From a virus (lineage: Duplodnaviria; Heunggongvirae; Uroviricota; Caudoviricetes): a stretch of DNA of 54,850 nucleotides. This document shows positions 26,465 through 35,581 of the stretch, piece by piece. Where the stretch lies: IMG/VR virus record IMGVR_UViG_3300042901_002340; one strand, written 5' to 3'. Every line of letters begins with the position of its first letter. Positions within the stretch are counted from its first letter, which is position 1. The position numbers were made by a program, and so were the translations under genes. The notes under the pieces were generated by a model that saw only the letters and a list, made by a program, of their open reading frames with translations, was not told the DNA's origin and made no database searches.

Positions 26465-27382
26465 CTAATAAATCTTCAGATAATCATTTGCGTCATATCT
26501 GAGTCCGTTTTCGTATTGTTTTATTTTTTCCAAGCAAATTGATTGCTCCTTGTATTCCTTATTGTATGTTTTTATTCCTTCGAATAGCTCCTCCATTGTT
26601 ATAGAATCACTACTTATTTTTTTGCTATGATGTTTCCTAGCATTGTCGCCATGTTGTATGAATTCACAGTTAAATGGATGTCTAAGAATCTCCGGGAAAA
26701 CAAGATTTTTAAATCCATTTAACCTGGAGAATCTGTGATCTCTCACCATTCCCTTTGTGTTTGTTTTTATGTGGAAATATCCAAATTCATAAAATAAATC
26801 TGATCCGATAACACCAAAATCAAGAACGTTACAATTCCAATTAGCCAAAGATCTATAGAAATGATAAGGATCCTTATTTTCTCTGGGTATCCATATACCT
26901 CTGTCTACCATTGTCTCATATTGTTTAGCTTTGAATTCCTCTGTAAATTTCTCGCTAGACTTCTTGCCAATTTTTGTCTTCGATTCGACGGTGTGTACCA
27001 AATCTGGTCCAAACTTACCATATTTTTTAAATCTGGTATCGACTCCCTTTTTCTTAGTCTCCTCGCTAACTGTTTTACCAGACATACCTTTGGCACAATT
27101 AAGTCTAAATTCGTCATTGACTCTAGCTTTAACCATTTCTGACTGCCTTTCCTTCCTGTAATCGTCCCATTTCTTACCAAAGTTTGGATTATTCTCACCA
27201 ACCAGAGATTTACCAAAATTCGGATTAGCCTCACCAATCAATTTCCATTTAGAATCAGAATTTTTACATTTCACATTACAGTAATTAAATCTCTTTAACG
27301 GTTTTGATGGAGATATGTACTTTTCAAATTCATTACCACAATTATCACATTTTACATCAACATATTTTGCCTTGCTCTTCAT
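26465..27382 (-). CDS. Putative free-standing homing endonuclease (NUMOD3-like repeats plus HNH-like C-terminal domain)
   Basis: N-terminal CDNC...CNVKC; GEANPNFGK/GENNPNFGK repeats; RDHRFS...HPFNCEFIQHGDNARK. Confidence 0.65.
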   Translation of the reverse strand: MKSKAKYVDVKCDNCGNEFEKYISPSKPLKRFNYCNVKCKNSDSKWKLIGEANPNFGKSLVGENNPNFGKKWDDYRKERQSEMVKARVNDEFRLNCAKGMSGKTVSEETKKKGVDTRFKKYGKFGPDLVHTVESKTKIGKKSSEKFTEEFKAKQYETMVDRGIWIPRENKDPYHFYRSLANWNCNVLDFGVIGSDLFYEFGYFHIKTNTKGMVRDHRFSRLNGFKNLVFPEILRHPFNCEFIQHGDNARKHHSKKISSDSITMEELFEGIKTYNKEYKEQSICLEKIKQYENGLRYDANDYLKIY

Positions 27383-27402
27383 TTCCTATATAGTTTTTAT
27401 TC

Positions 27403-27410
27403 TATATATC
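27403..27410 (-). promoter_or_regulatory. Candidate late promoter GATATATA
   Basis: tatatatc on + strand, 20 nt upstream of ATG 27382. Confidence 0.55.
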
Positions 27411-27459
27411 TAGTGACCAATTTAATGATCAAAATGCGAGTCACCGGTAAATAACAATA

Positions 27460-27490
27460 CAAATATAATCAATAAATTCGAATAATAAAA
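27460..27490 (-). promoter_or_regulatory. Bacteroidota-type promoter (TAnnTTTG) with conserved CG element
   Basis: caaatata 27460-27467, 11-nt spacer, cg 27479-27480, A-rich tract. Confidence 0.7.
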
Positions 27491-27501
27491 ATAATTTATC
27501 A

Positions 27502-27765
27502 CTAATATTTATAGGTATATTTTTCTTTGATTATTTTTGCTTTCTTGCCTTCGTTCGTTAATTTAAGAAGTATTTTTATGGCTAGGCCGTCACAGTTCCC
27601 AAAGTCTCCATATGCATTTATATTGTGACACCCTGGGTGAAAATCCCAAAAGTTACCTTCCATCACACTTTTGCCATCTATCGATACTCTTGCCATCTCG
27701 CATGATCCATCGGTTTGAACCAATATTATAATTTCTTTCTCTTCCGGGTTATTCGATATTTCCAT
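27502..27765 (-). CDS. Hypothetical protein
   Basis: 87 aa ORF. Confidence 0.7.
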   Translation of the reverse strand: MEISNNPEEKEIIILVQTDGSCEMARVSIDGKSVMEGNFWDFHPGCHNINAYGDFGNCDGLAIKILLKLTNEGKKAKIIKEKYTYKY

Positions 27766-27985
27766 CTATATTTTTAGTTTGTGATTTAAAGTAACCTCGT
27801 ACTCTTTTTACCCATTTGGACTTCATCCATCTTTCACTGAAACCTACTGAACCACATTCTTTTCTTCTCGATCCCATTTGTTCTATGGGTCTAGTGATCC
27901 CACAAAGGTGACCTTTACAATTACCATTGGCCCATGGACCGTTCCCCGATTTATGTCTTCTACCCTTGTTTTTCATAATCAGCAA
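27749..27985 (-). CDS. Small basic hypothetical protein
   Basis: 78 aa, Lys/Arg-rich, with CxxHxC. Confidence 0.6.
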   Translation of the reverse strand: MLIMKNKGRRHKSGNGPWANGNCKGHLCGITRPIEQMGSRRKECGSVGFSERWMKSKWVKRVRGYFKSQTKNIDGNIE

Positions 27986-28115
27986 GCTGTGCTTTTAGCT
28001 CCTTAATTTTAGCCATGATGTCATGTCTTCGGTAACCGGGTTTCATTGGATGAACTATATGTTGTTCAAGCTGCTCTATTGCAAACTCTAATTTCACTTT
28101 TTCTATATCTACCAT
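27960..28115 (-). CDS. Small hypothetical protein (51 aa), below track cutoff
   Basis: MVDIEKVKLEFAIEQLEQH...; overlaps both neighbours. Confidence 0.55.
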   Translation of the reverse strand: MVDIEKVKLEFAIEQLEQHIVHPMKPGYRRHDIMAKIKELKAQLADYEKQG

Positions 28116-28330
28116 TCTGTTTCGGGTTCTAAAACTCTTTTAATCTCCGCTACCTTTTCATTTTTACCTCTTACTATACCATCTTCAAAACCAAGGTCGT
28201 AAACCATTTTATAGATGTCACTAATTGAGTAATAATCAGGTATCTTTATTTCCCTTTCTAAGCCAGGAAGCCAAAATTTTCTATCCTTAAGATGGGGTAG
28301 TCCAATTTTTTCAATTTGTGCTGGTGTCAT
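28109..28330 (-). CDS. Hypothetical protein
   Basis: 73 aa ORF. Confidence 0.65.
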   Translation of the reverse strand: MTPAQIEKIGLPHLKDRKFWLPGLEREIKIPDYYSISDIYKMVYDLGFEDGIVRGKNEKVAEIKRVLEPETEW

Positions 28331-28566
28331 TATTGTTTATAGTTTTTATCCATTAATCCATTATAAGTAAGAACACCTATCAGCCAATAGATGTTAAGAT
28401 CTTGGCTAAACATATGTCCCTGATCCATCTCTACGCAATAATGATCCTCCTCCACGACGACCAAACAGTACTCATTGAAAAACCCTCGACCATTATCCTC
28501 AAATCCATTCTTGCATAAGAATTCACTAACCTTAGCTCTTACCTTATGACCTACTACCTCTTCCAT
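28330..28566 (-). CDS. Hypothetical protein
   Basis: 78 aa ORF. Confidence 0.65.
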   Translation of the reverse strand: MEEVVGHKVRAKVSEFLCKNGFEDNGRGFFNEYCLVVVEEDHYCVEMDQGHMFSQDLNIYWLIGVLTYNGLMDKNYKQ

Positions 28567-28861
28567 TTCTGACTTTTTTAATGATTCTTTTAACTCTTGA
28601 CACTAATGTATAATATTCAGGGGTTTCAATCCTTCTAACGAAATCAATCTTTTCATCATGTTTCAAATCGTCAAACCCATACCAATTGTTGATATAACCG
28701 ATAGATTCACTCAATCCGGAAACCTCTGTTCTTTTTGCAACAAGTTTGATAAACTCGTCGGGAGAGAGTTTGCTGTAGTTGCTTAGTGTTTCTATTTTAG
28801 GTTTGCTAACCTTGCTATTTCTCTTTTGGTTTAATAAAAAGAATGGTACTGGTGTTATCAT
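28544..28861 (-). CDS. Hypothetical protein
   Basis: 105 aa ORF. Confidence 0.6.
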   Translation of the reverse strand: MITPVPFFLLNQKRNSKVSKPKIETLSNYSKLSPDEFIKLVAKRTEVSGLSESIGYINNWYGFDDLKHDEKIDFVRRIETPEYYTLVSRVKRIIKKVRNGRGSRS

Positions 28862-28868
28862 TATATTT

Positions 28869-29975
28869 TTATTTTTTTGGGTAATCCTCCCAAAATGGTT
28901 TCTGGTAATCTGGTCTTATTTGGTTCCATATTGATCTAGAATAATCCTTACGACTATTATGATCCAATAGATATCCTGCTAATCTGTGTCCCTCCACCAG
29001 CTCAAAAAACTCCTTGTTATAGGCTTTAAGAACTGGAGAATTTCTATCTAATCTTTCCTCCTCGGTTGGGGTTTGGCTTTTAATCTTCTTTGCTAATAAT
29101 TTATATTCAGCCCTTACTGTTGCTTCTATAAAATTAAAATTTGATTGCAGATCTTGTTCCATGTTTGTAACCCATGCGTCATATTCATCTGGCACATCAA
29201 CCATCAGTGATCTATAATCAGTACCTTCTTTTAGACATCTCCAGATATCTAAGTTCGAGAATCCAGTTAAAACTCCATGGAGTCTAACATATTCCTCGCC
29301 CTTTGCTTTTAATCTAGTACCATCATAGAATCTTATAACAAATCCCTCCTGATTGTCTTTTATCAAGGATTTAATCTTTCTGAGATCTTTTATTCCATCA
29401 TATCTTTTGGCGCATTCAAATCCGGTTCTCTCAGCGATGTCCATAAGTTCAGTATATGGGGTTTCCCTACCTGTGTCGGTATTAAAAGCAGCTAAAAGAA
29501 CTAATTTTTCTTCGTCACCATAGGAGCACACTACCCTGTTTTTTGGGTATATAATTTCAAAAAGAAATGTAAACTTCTCGGAAAAAACCTCCTTATAGGT
29601 TTCATTTCTTTTCAGTATTTCTTGCCCATAAATAGCAACATCGGAATAGAAAGATCCTTGAGTTGTTAGATGCCATTCACCATCATAGTTGAAAAGTATA
29701 CCCAATGACCCATCAAGTTTCTCAAAAACCTCGAATGGCAAATTTGGAATATTAGACTCATCGATATTGAAGAACTTTGGAAAAGTCCGTGCGATAAGAT
29801 TTCCTTCGTTATCCAGAACGGTTCCTCTCATATTCATAGTAACCTCATCCCAGATCCATTCAAACTGACAATCCCGTGAATATTTATAGATTGCTATAGG
29901 AAGTTCTTTATGTTGACATTTATCAACCAATCCCTTAGCTACATACTCGTTAACTTCTTCAATATTATATTTCAT
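28869..29975 (-). CDS. rnlA: T4 Rnl1-like RNA ligase
   Basis: RTFPKFFN, FEKLDGSLGIL, FLFEII, EGFVI, KAKGEEYVRLH. Confidence 0.9.
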   Translation of the reverse strand: MKYNIEEVNEYVAKGLVDKCQHKELPIAIYKYSRDCQFEWIWDEVTMNMRGTVLDNEGNLIARTFPKFFNIDESNIPNLPFEVFEKLDGSLGILFNYDGEWHLTTQGSFYSDVAIYGQEILKRNETYKEVFSEKFTFLFEIIYPKNRVVCSYGDEEKLVLLAAFNTDTGRETPYTELMDIAERTGFECAKRYDGIKDLRKIKSLIKDNQEGFVIRFYDGTRLKAKGEEYVRLHGVLTGFSNLDIWRCLKEGTDYRSLMVDVPDEYDAWVTNMEQDLQSNFNFIEATVRAEYKLLAKKIKSQTPTEEERLDRNSPVLKAYNKEFFELVEGHRLAGYLLDHNSRKDYSRSIWNQIRPDYQKPFWEDYPKK

Positions 29976-30429
29976 TTTCTCCTAACTTTTTTTCTATGTA
30001 AGACGCTATACCTATAACCGAATCGTCATCTATCCAATTATATGATTCCTCGTTGAACACTACTGAAAAATCTCCATCAGTCCAATCATAAATCGCTTTG
30101 TTGAAGCTTTCTATAACTATTGTTTGCTTATCCAATTCCTTTAAAATTCCGGTTAGTTCCTTTGATCTCGAAACCTCTCTATTTCTTTTTGGTCCAAAAT
30201 AAAATCTCTTACCTGTTGCTCCACTCCGTAATATTAGATCCAAATCGGAATAATCATCAATAGATTTGTAATTATCGATGATGTATATTTTAGCAGCTGA
30301 GATTAGGGAATTATGTAAAACCCATATTTTGCTATGGCTGTCCTGAAAATTCATCTCAGAATATTCATTGGTTGATCTTATATAATCTAGAACTCTGTTT
30401 TCAGCTTCTTGTAATTCTTCTGATGCCAT
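29965..30429 (-). CDS. Hypothetical protein
   Basis: 154 aa; first gene after the 30447 promoter. Confidence 0.7.
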   Translation of the reverse strand: MASEELQEAENRVLDYIRSTNEYSEMNFQDSHSKIWVLHNSLISAAKIYIIDNYKSIDDYSDLDLILRSGATGKRFYFGPKRNREVSRSKELTGILKELDKQTIVIESFNKAIYDWTDGDFSVVFNEESYNWIDDDSVIGIASYIEKKLGENEI

Positions 30430-30446
30430 ACTTTATTTTTATATGG

Positions 30447-30480
30447 CAAAAGTAATAAATTCTTTCGAAATATAAAAATA
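30447..30480 (-). promoter_or_regulatory. Bacteroidota-type promoter (TAnnTTTG) with conserved CG element
   Basis: caaaagta 30447-30454 (TACTTTTG), 11-nt spacer, cg 30466-30467, A-tract. Confidence 0.75.
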
Positions 30481-30503
30481 ATTTGTGTGATTTTATCAAA
30501 AAT

Positions 30504-30530
30504 AAAAAACCCAGTCAAAGACTGGGGTTT
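30504..30530 (-). terminator. Intrinsic terminator downstream of the helicase
   Basis: Minus strand ccagtc-ttt-gactgg stem followed by a T run. Confidence 0.7.
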
Positions 30531-30573
30531 GCTAGTTTTATTAGAGATTATTCGCCGCCATCTCCACCTAAAA

Positions 30574-32016
30574 TTAAAATCTTTTCAATACATAGACTTT
30601 TTTACTCGATCTGGTATAAGCAGTATATTTTATTCTGTTTCTCTCCACCACATTATAGTTTTGATCTATATCGTCCTCTAAAACAAAGGATGTGTTATAA
30701 GTACTCCCCTGCGATTTATGCGCGGTGATGCAATACCCAAAATTCACATCAGCAAAGTTTCTTAAAAAATCGTAGTAGTCGAGCCAACTTCGGTCCCTTC
30801 CCTTCTTTTCTATAGCATTCAATTTAAGAAGGTTTGCGATTTTGGAAAATTCAGCTTCACTATCCTCGTGTAGTATTTCTATCGAGGTCTTCTCTATTTC
30901 ATCCTCGTCATTGAGATAAGATACTACGGCATCATAGAATTTAAGCTTAACCTCTATAACGGGCGAGAAGGTTTTTAGCACCATGTTCATCTCCTTTATC
31001 TTGGTAGACTCAACAGAGAACTCGTCATTGGTATTGAATAATATAAGATTTCCTTGTATTATAACTGGGGAATTGGCAATTAGCTTTTCACCAACAAGTA
31101 TTTTGGTTCTACATTCATCCTCACCAAATATAATCCTTCTAACGATGTTATTCATGCTAGAAACAGTCTTGTTTCTCCATGCTATAATCTTGCAGTACTC
31201 CGAATCCTCTTTGAATTCCTCGGATCTGAAATATTTGGCAAGTATATCACCAAATCCCTTCCTTGTCTCTCCATCATTAAGATTCAAAAATTCCACACCC
31301 TCACCAAGTGAATTAAGGGAAGTAACTGGCTTAACCGGATTTCTTTCCGACCAAAGATCTTCACGTATCAGTACAGATGAATCTATAATAGCATTACCCT
31401 CCTTCTGTCTCATTATCTTCTTAAGCTGAAGAGTTTTTATCCCGTAAGGATCTGCTAACTCGTCTCTGAACGGGATACAGTCAGGTTTGCCAACCGGTGG
31501 TATCTGTGCAGGATCTCCCATGCAGATAATCTTTAGTTTATCCCTATATTTTAGGATCTCGTGAAAGAGATCATCATTAAGCATGGAAACCTCATCTATA
31601 ATTAGAAGCTTCACCGAGTTGATCTGTGGTTTAAAGTTCTTTTCCTGATTGACGAATACCTGCTGTCCATCATTGGTTATCTTCTCCGTTAGACCAAGAA
31701 GCTTGTGTATGGTTTGAAAGGTAACTCTTGGATTTCTTAGATTACTGGTTTTCTTTATAACTCTAACCGATTTATTAGTTGGACCAGTTACAGCAATTTT
31801 ATACCAAGCACTCTTGGGATGAACCACCTCCAGAATATATCTAACAAGAATGCTTATACAGAAAGTCTTACCTGTACCTGCCCATCCTTTGAGAACATAA
31901 ACATTCTCGTCATCCCTGTCACATATAAAGTCTCTCAATTCTTCAAAAGCTTCCTTTTGATCAGAATTAAGAACATCTACATCAACTATTGATTTTTTCT
32001 TTTTCTTTGTGGTCAT
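30574..32016 (-). CDS. dda: SF1B DNA helicase (Dda/RecD-like)
   Basis: GWAGTGKT, LIIDEVSM, GDPAQIPPV, ITAHKSQGSTY, YTAYTR. Confidence 0.9.
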   Translation of the reverse strand: MTTKKKKKSIVDVDVLNSDQKEAFEELRDFICDRDDENVYVLKGWAGTGKTFCISILVRYILEVVHPKSAWYKIAVTGPTNKSVRVIKKTSNLRNPRVTFQTIHKLLGLTEKITNDGQQVFVNQEKNFKPQINSVKLLIIDEVSMLNDDLFHEILKYRDKLKIICMGDPAQIPPVGKPDCIPFRDELADPYGIKTLQLKKIMRQKEGNAIIDSSVLIREDLWSERNPVKPVTSLNSLGEGVEFLNLNDGETRKGFGDILAKYFRSEEFKEDSEYCKIIAWRNKTVSSMNNIVRRIIFGEDECRTKILVGEKLIANSPVIIQGNLILFNTNDEFSVESTKIKEMNMVLKTFSPVIEVKLKFYDAVVSYLNDEDEIEKTSIEILHEDSEAEFSKIANLLKLNAIEKKGRDRSWLDYYDFLRNFADVNFGYCITAHKSQGSTYNTSFVLEDDIDQNYNVVERNRIKYTAYTRSSKKVYVLKRF

Positions 32017-32043
32017 ATTATATTGGCAGTTTATAGGATCAAA

Positions 32044-32271
32044 CTATCTTATCCTGTTTATTTTAAAGATCAAAATATACTTAAATACCACCCAAATATA
32101 AAATATCGTTGCAGAGGTAACTAGTAAGTTTATGAGTAATTGTTTTATTGAAAATCCTGCGTGATTCATATACCACCAACAGCATATTGTATTAGCGATT
32201 AGTAATGATAAACATAGAAATATGAATATTATATAAATAACATCACCTATTGATTTTTTCTTTGTGGCCAT
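32044..32271 (-). CDS. Two-TM membrane protein
   Basis: Two hydrophobic segments in 75 aa. Confidence 0.65.
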   Translation of the reverse strand: MATKKKSIGDVIYIIFIFLCLSLLIANTICCWWYMNHAGFSIKQLLINLLVTSATIFYIWVVFKYILIFKINRIR

Positions 32272-32368
32272 TATATGGGTAATTTAACTCTACTGAGTAG
32301 ATTGTTTGTAACGTGTGTGTAAATTTTGTGTTAAAAACTACATATATCTGAGAAACGTTATAAAACAT

Positions 32369-32539
32369 TTAAGAGTTGTACGGTTGGTTACGCCAAATCC
32401 ATTCAATCTCATTACCTGTTAATGCTTTGTAATCTCTACCTTCTACTGAAAATTTTGCTTGTTTTGCAAATTCAGTTCTTTCCTGAATGGATTTTCTATT
32501 CCACCATCTTAATGCTAATTCTCTGTCTGTAAGTTCCAT
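32369..32539 (-). CDS. Small hypothetical protein (56 aa), below track cutoff
   Basis: MELTDRELALRWWN...LTGNEIEWIW. Confidence 0.6.
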   Translation of the reverse strand: MELTDRELALRWWNRKSIQERTEFAKQAKFSVEGRDYKALTGNEIEWIWRNQPYNS

Positions 32540-32576
32540 AATAAAAAAAGTTTTATAACAAAGTGTATAAGTAATA

Positions 32577-32771
32577 TCATTTTTGTTTTGATAATCTGTA
32601 ATTGTTTATAGCATCGCAAAGCATATTCAATTTACAAGTACTTAATCCGTATGTTAATCCATCAAACATATCAGAAATTACTTTTCTATAAGCTTTTTGT
32701 GTAATGGTAAAATCATCAATCTTACATAATTCATCATACTCATTTCTAAGATAAACCATATAATTATTCAT
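32577..32771 (-). CDS. Hypothetical protein
   Basis: 64 aa ORF in an AT-rich stretch. Confidence 0.55.
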   Translation of the reverse strand: MNNYMVYLRNEYDELCKIDDFTITQKAYRKVISDMFDGLTYGLSTCKLNMLCDAINNYRLSKQK

Positions 32772-32845
32772 ACCTTCTGTTTTTAATTAAGTTTCTACTA
32801 ATTTTGATGAACAAATTCCACATACTTGCAACCGTTATATGGAAT

Positions 32846-33469
32846 TTAAGAATCAATCTCACTCATAATGCTTTCACTATTTTGCTTTTCCTTCTCAAAA
32901 CGCAAAATTGCAATGGCTAGGTCTTTCAAATGTTCATACCCATACATTCCTAAACCATTGTTTCCACATAGTTCTTGCGGGTGCATAATCTTGCTTTCGT
33001 CAGTACAGTTGATGTAAATTCTATCTCCCTTACCTTTACTTATTTTCCAAATCCCTTTATCTGTTTGCATTGTAATTAAAATAGCCGAAGCGCTAACCGC
33101 TCGAGCTTCATTCGTGAAATCATCATTAGACCTATAACGACCAAGGCCTATGGTGTCAAATTCATCATTACCGACACTTTTTTCTACCCCTAATAATTTT
33201 AGAGCTTCATTTATTGGATTTCCCGGTCCCAACTCGGTGTCACCACTATAAATTTCTTTACCGTTTTCAGATACATTAGCGCTCTGATCCCCGAAGCCTC
33301 CAAAATAATCTGTTCTTATATAAGCTATAGTTTTACCTATTTTAATATCATGGTCATCTTCATAATCTAATATAGCTACTATATCAGATCCAAGATCCAA
33401 TTTTTTTGTGATTTTTGAATCAGCATCTACTTCTGATTTTTTGCCTAAAAATACTCCGATTGAGTGCAT
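32846..33469 (-). CDS. Hypothetical protein (possible two-domain fusion)
   Basis: TDYFGGFGDQSA...DEFDTIGLGRYRSNDDF module followed by an unrelated-looking tail. Confidence 0.7.
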   Translation of the reverse strand: MHSIGVFLGKKSEVDADSKITKKLDLGSDIVAILDYEDDHDIKIGKTIAYIRTDYFGGFGDQSANVSENGKEIYSGDTELGPGNPINEALKLLGVEKSVGNDEFDTIGLGRYRSNDDFTNEARAVSASAILITMQTDKGIWKISKGKGDRIYINCTDESKIMHPQELCGNNGLGMYGYEHLKDLAIAILRFEKEKQNSESIMSEIDS

Positions 33470-33481
33470 ATTCTATTTAAT

Positions 33482-33832
33482 TTAAAATTCCGGATTAAGT
33501 GAAACGTCATTAGTAAGTTTAAAAACCATATCAAGCAAATCAAACATAGTGCTTGTCATTGTGTCTTGGTTTCTGTTGGTAATAGGTTTCGCTAGTTCCT
33601 CTATTGCCACTGCTGTGTCTCTACACTCCTTTTTGTATTTATGATCTCTGATTCTAGAAACCCCCTTTATTGGCATCCATTGTTTCTGTACCACTCCATG
33701 GGTTCCACCTGAGTAATCGCCTTCTAGTTCCAATTCAGTTTCTCTGATTCCGACAACCTTTAGAGCCTCCCTGTGATCATAAATGTCCCTATGGTAAACA
33801 GTCTGACCAATTTTGAATTCTTGTTTTCTCAT
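33482..33832 (-). CDS. Hypothetical protein
   Basis: 116 aa ORF. Confidence 0.7.
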   Translation of the reverse strand: MRKQEFKIGQTVYHRDIYDHREALKVVGIRETELELEGDYSGGTHGVVQKQWMPIKGVSRIRDHKYKKECRDTAVAIEELAKPITNRNQDTMTSTMFDLLDMVFKLTNDVSLNPEF

Positions 33833-33841
33833 TATTTTTAT

Positions 33842-34465
33842 TTATGGTTGGTATAAAATCGATGGGTTATCTTTGTGGACATCTATTTCCGGAAAATGTT
33901 TCTCAAACTCATCAAGTCTAAATGGACTCACTATAAGATGCATTCCATTCATGGTCTGTATCTTAACTATATTCTGGGGTGCATCAGGTTTATATGATTT
34001 TGTTATGGATTCAATGGAAAAAATAACAGAATCTATATAAATGTCCTTGGTAAATCCATGTGGTATATCCTTCCAGTCCAGATCGACTATCCAGGTCTTA
34101 TTTTTCTCCGAATGATACTTGCCTGCACAAGATGCATAGACGCTTCTAGCAGGCTTATAATTTTCAGACACAACATATTCTACCATAAGCTTTAAAGCCT
34201 CGCTAGCAACACGTTTTTCGTCCCTACGATTAAGTCTGAAGTATGCTCTAGCATTCTCAGCATCACATTGTCTAATAATCATGGGTTTCAGATCATCATA
34301 CTTAGCCAGGCTGTCTATATAGTAGTCTGCTATATGAATCATATCTTTCCCTAGTTCAGGATTATCCTTACGTCTTTTTAGTATTTGTAGAAAATAAAAG
34401 GTGCCACGAATCGAAAAATCCAGCATCCCTCTTATTTGATCAAAATTATCTATTGGCATTCTCAT
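33842..34465 (-). CDS. Phage protein, possible archaeo-eukaryotic primase (AEP)-superfamily fold
   Basis: WIVDLD (DxD) and TMNGMHLI (T/SxxGxH) in AEP motif I-II order. Confidence 0.5.
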   Translation of the reverse strand: MRMPIDNFDQIRGMLDFSIRGTFYFLQILKRRKDNPELGKDMIHIADYYIDSLAKYDDLKPMIIRQCDAENARAYFRLNRRDEKRVASEALKLMVEYVVSENYKPARSVYASCAGKYHSEKNKTWIVDLDWKDIPHGFTKDIYIDSVIFSIESITKSYKPDAPQNIVKIQTMNGMHLIVSPFRLDEFEKHFPEIDVHKDNPSILYQP

Positions 34466-34862
34466 CTTTTCTTTTCTTTTTAGTAAATATACAATCTCTA
34501 CCTATTCTGTGATGTCCATACCAGGTGCTGCACCATATATGGATTTCCCCCTCGTGATCCTTTATGTACTTAAAGACCTCATGCACTGATCCATCCTCAA
34601 CGTTCTTAACCCATAGATCAGGAAAATCGTTAGAATACGGAAGATCATAAGGTGACCTTGGTACGAGTTTTGCAATGCTAGTCCCATCCTCAGATTCAAC
34701 CACATAGACCTCAACCTTTTCTCCCTCCTTTACGGTGTGGATATATTCGGGGGAAAGTGGTATTTCCTTCATGTGAACAGCATCACCATCTTCTATTAAG
34801 TATACCCATCTGAATATCCAATTAGTATCCTTTTTGTATACATGTCCTTTTTTATTTTCCAT
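34446..34862 (-). CDS. Hypothetical protein
   Basis: 138 aa ORF. Confidence 0.65.
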   Translation of the reverse strand: MENKKGHVYKKDTNWIFRWVYLIEDGDAVHMKEIPLSPEYIHTVKEGEKVEVYVVESEDGTSIAKLVPRSPYDLPYSNDFPDLWVKNVEDGSVHEVFKYIKDHEGEIHIWCSTWYGHHRIGRDCIFTKKKRKDENANR

Positions 34863-35248
34863 TATCTAGATTTTTTATAATCTGACAGTGACTTAAAAAC
34901 CTTAAGATTCCATTCACCATAAGTTCCTGAGACAAGATCGGTAAATTCACCCCATTTAACCACATGTGGTTCATCCGTTCCGATTTCACCCTCCCATTCG
35001 GTTGCTAAATAAGTGTAACCCATTGCTCCTCTTCTGTGCTCTGCATATATAAGAACCGCTTTCCTGACAATGATCCCAGTTTCCTCTAAAGTTTCTCTAA
35101 TAGCAGCAGATTTGTTGCTCTTGTCTTTCTTTTCTATTTTACCTCCAGGTAAACCAAAGTCGTTATGATCTTCTTTTCTGCTAACACAAAGGACTTGTCC
35201 ATTTTGGTTCAATACGACAACGTGTGCGTTCGATTTTTTTCTTGCCAT
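34862..35248 (-). CDS. NUDIX hydrolase
   Basis: GLPGGKIE...AAIRETLEETG Nudix box. Confidence 0.9.
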   Translation of the reverse strand: MARKKSNAHVVVLNQNGQVLCVSRKEDHNDFGLPGGKIEKKDKSNKSAAIRETLEETGIIVRKAVLIYAEHRRGAMGYTYLATEWEGEIGTDEPHVVKWGEFTDLVSGTYGEWNLKVFKSLSDYKKSR

Positions 35249-35250
35249 CT

Positions 35251-35535
35251 CTATATCTTACAAATTGTTTTTGTTGCTTCTTTTACATCTATAGGATCCT
35301 TAATTTGGACTTTGTTGTGTGTCTCTATCCAAACCTTCGCTCCACATGATAATGGTTTATCCGGCGAGTATATTATTCTTGCCGCCTCTTTACCATCCTG
35401 ACCGAGAATCACAACCTCATTGGAGTACTTGTTACCCTTATAGGTCTTACATGTCAATACAGGTTTACTTTCACCCTTAGCGTTTGCTTTTATATTGTGT
35501 TGATTAACATGTATGATCGTTCTTGTTTTTCTCAT
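35251..35535 (-). CDS. Hypothetical phage protein
   Basis: IHVNQHNIKAN...PLSCGAKVWIET; first gene after the 35540 promoter. Confidence 0.75.
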   Translation of the reverse strand: MRKTRTIIHVNQHNIKANAKGESKPVLTCKTYKGNKYSNEVVILGQDGKEAARIIYSPDKPLSCGAKVWIETHNKVQIKDPIDVKEATKTICKI

Positions 35536-35539
35536 ATTA

Positions 35540-35572
35540 CAAAGATAATAAAATGTTACGGGATAAAAAAAT
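35540..35572 (-). promoter_or_regulatory. Bacteroidota-type promoter (TAnnTTTG) with conserved CG element
   Basis: caaagata 35540-35547 (TATCTTTG), 11-nt spacer, cg 35559-35560, A-tract. Confidence 0.75.
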
Positions 35573-35581
35573 AAATTTGAA

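Noticed and set aside
26465-27382. Group I intron or intein around the endonuclease
   Set aside because: Both flanking genes look complete with their own starts and stops, and no split conserved gene is evident
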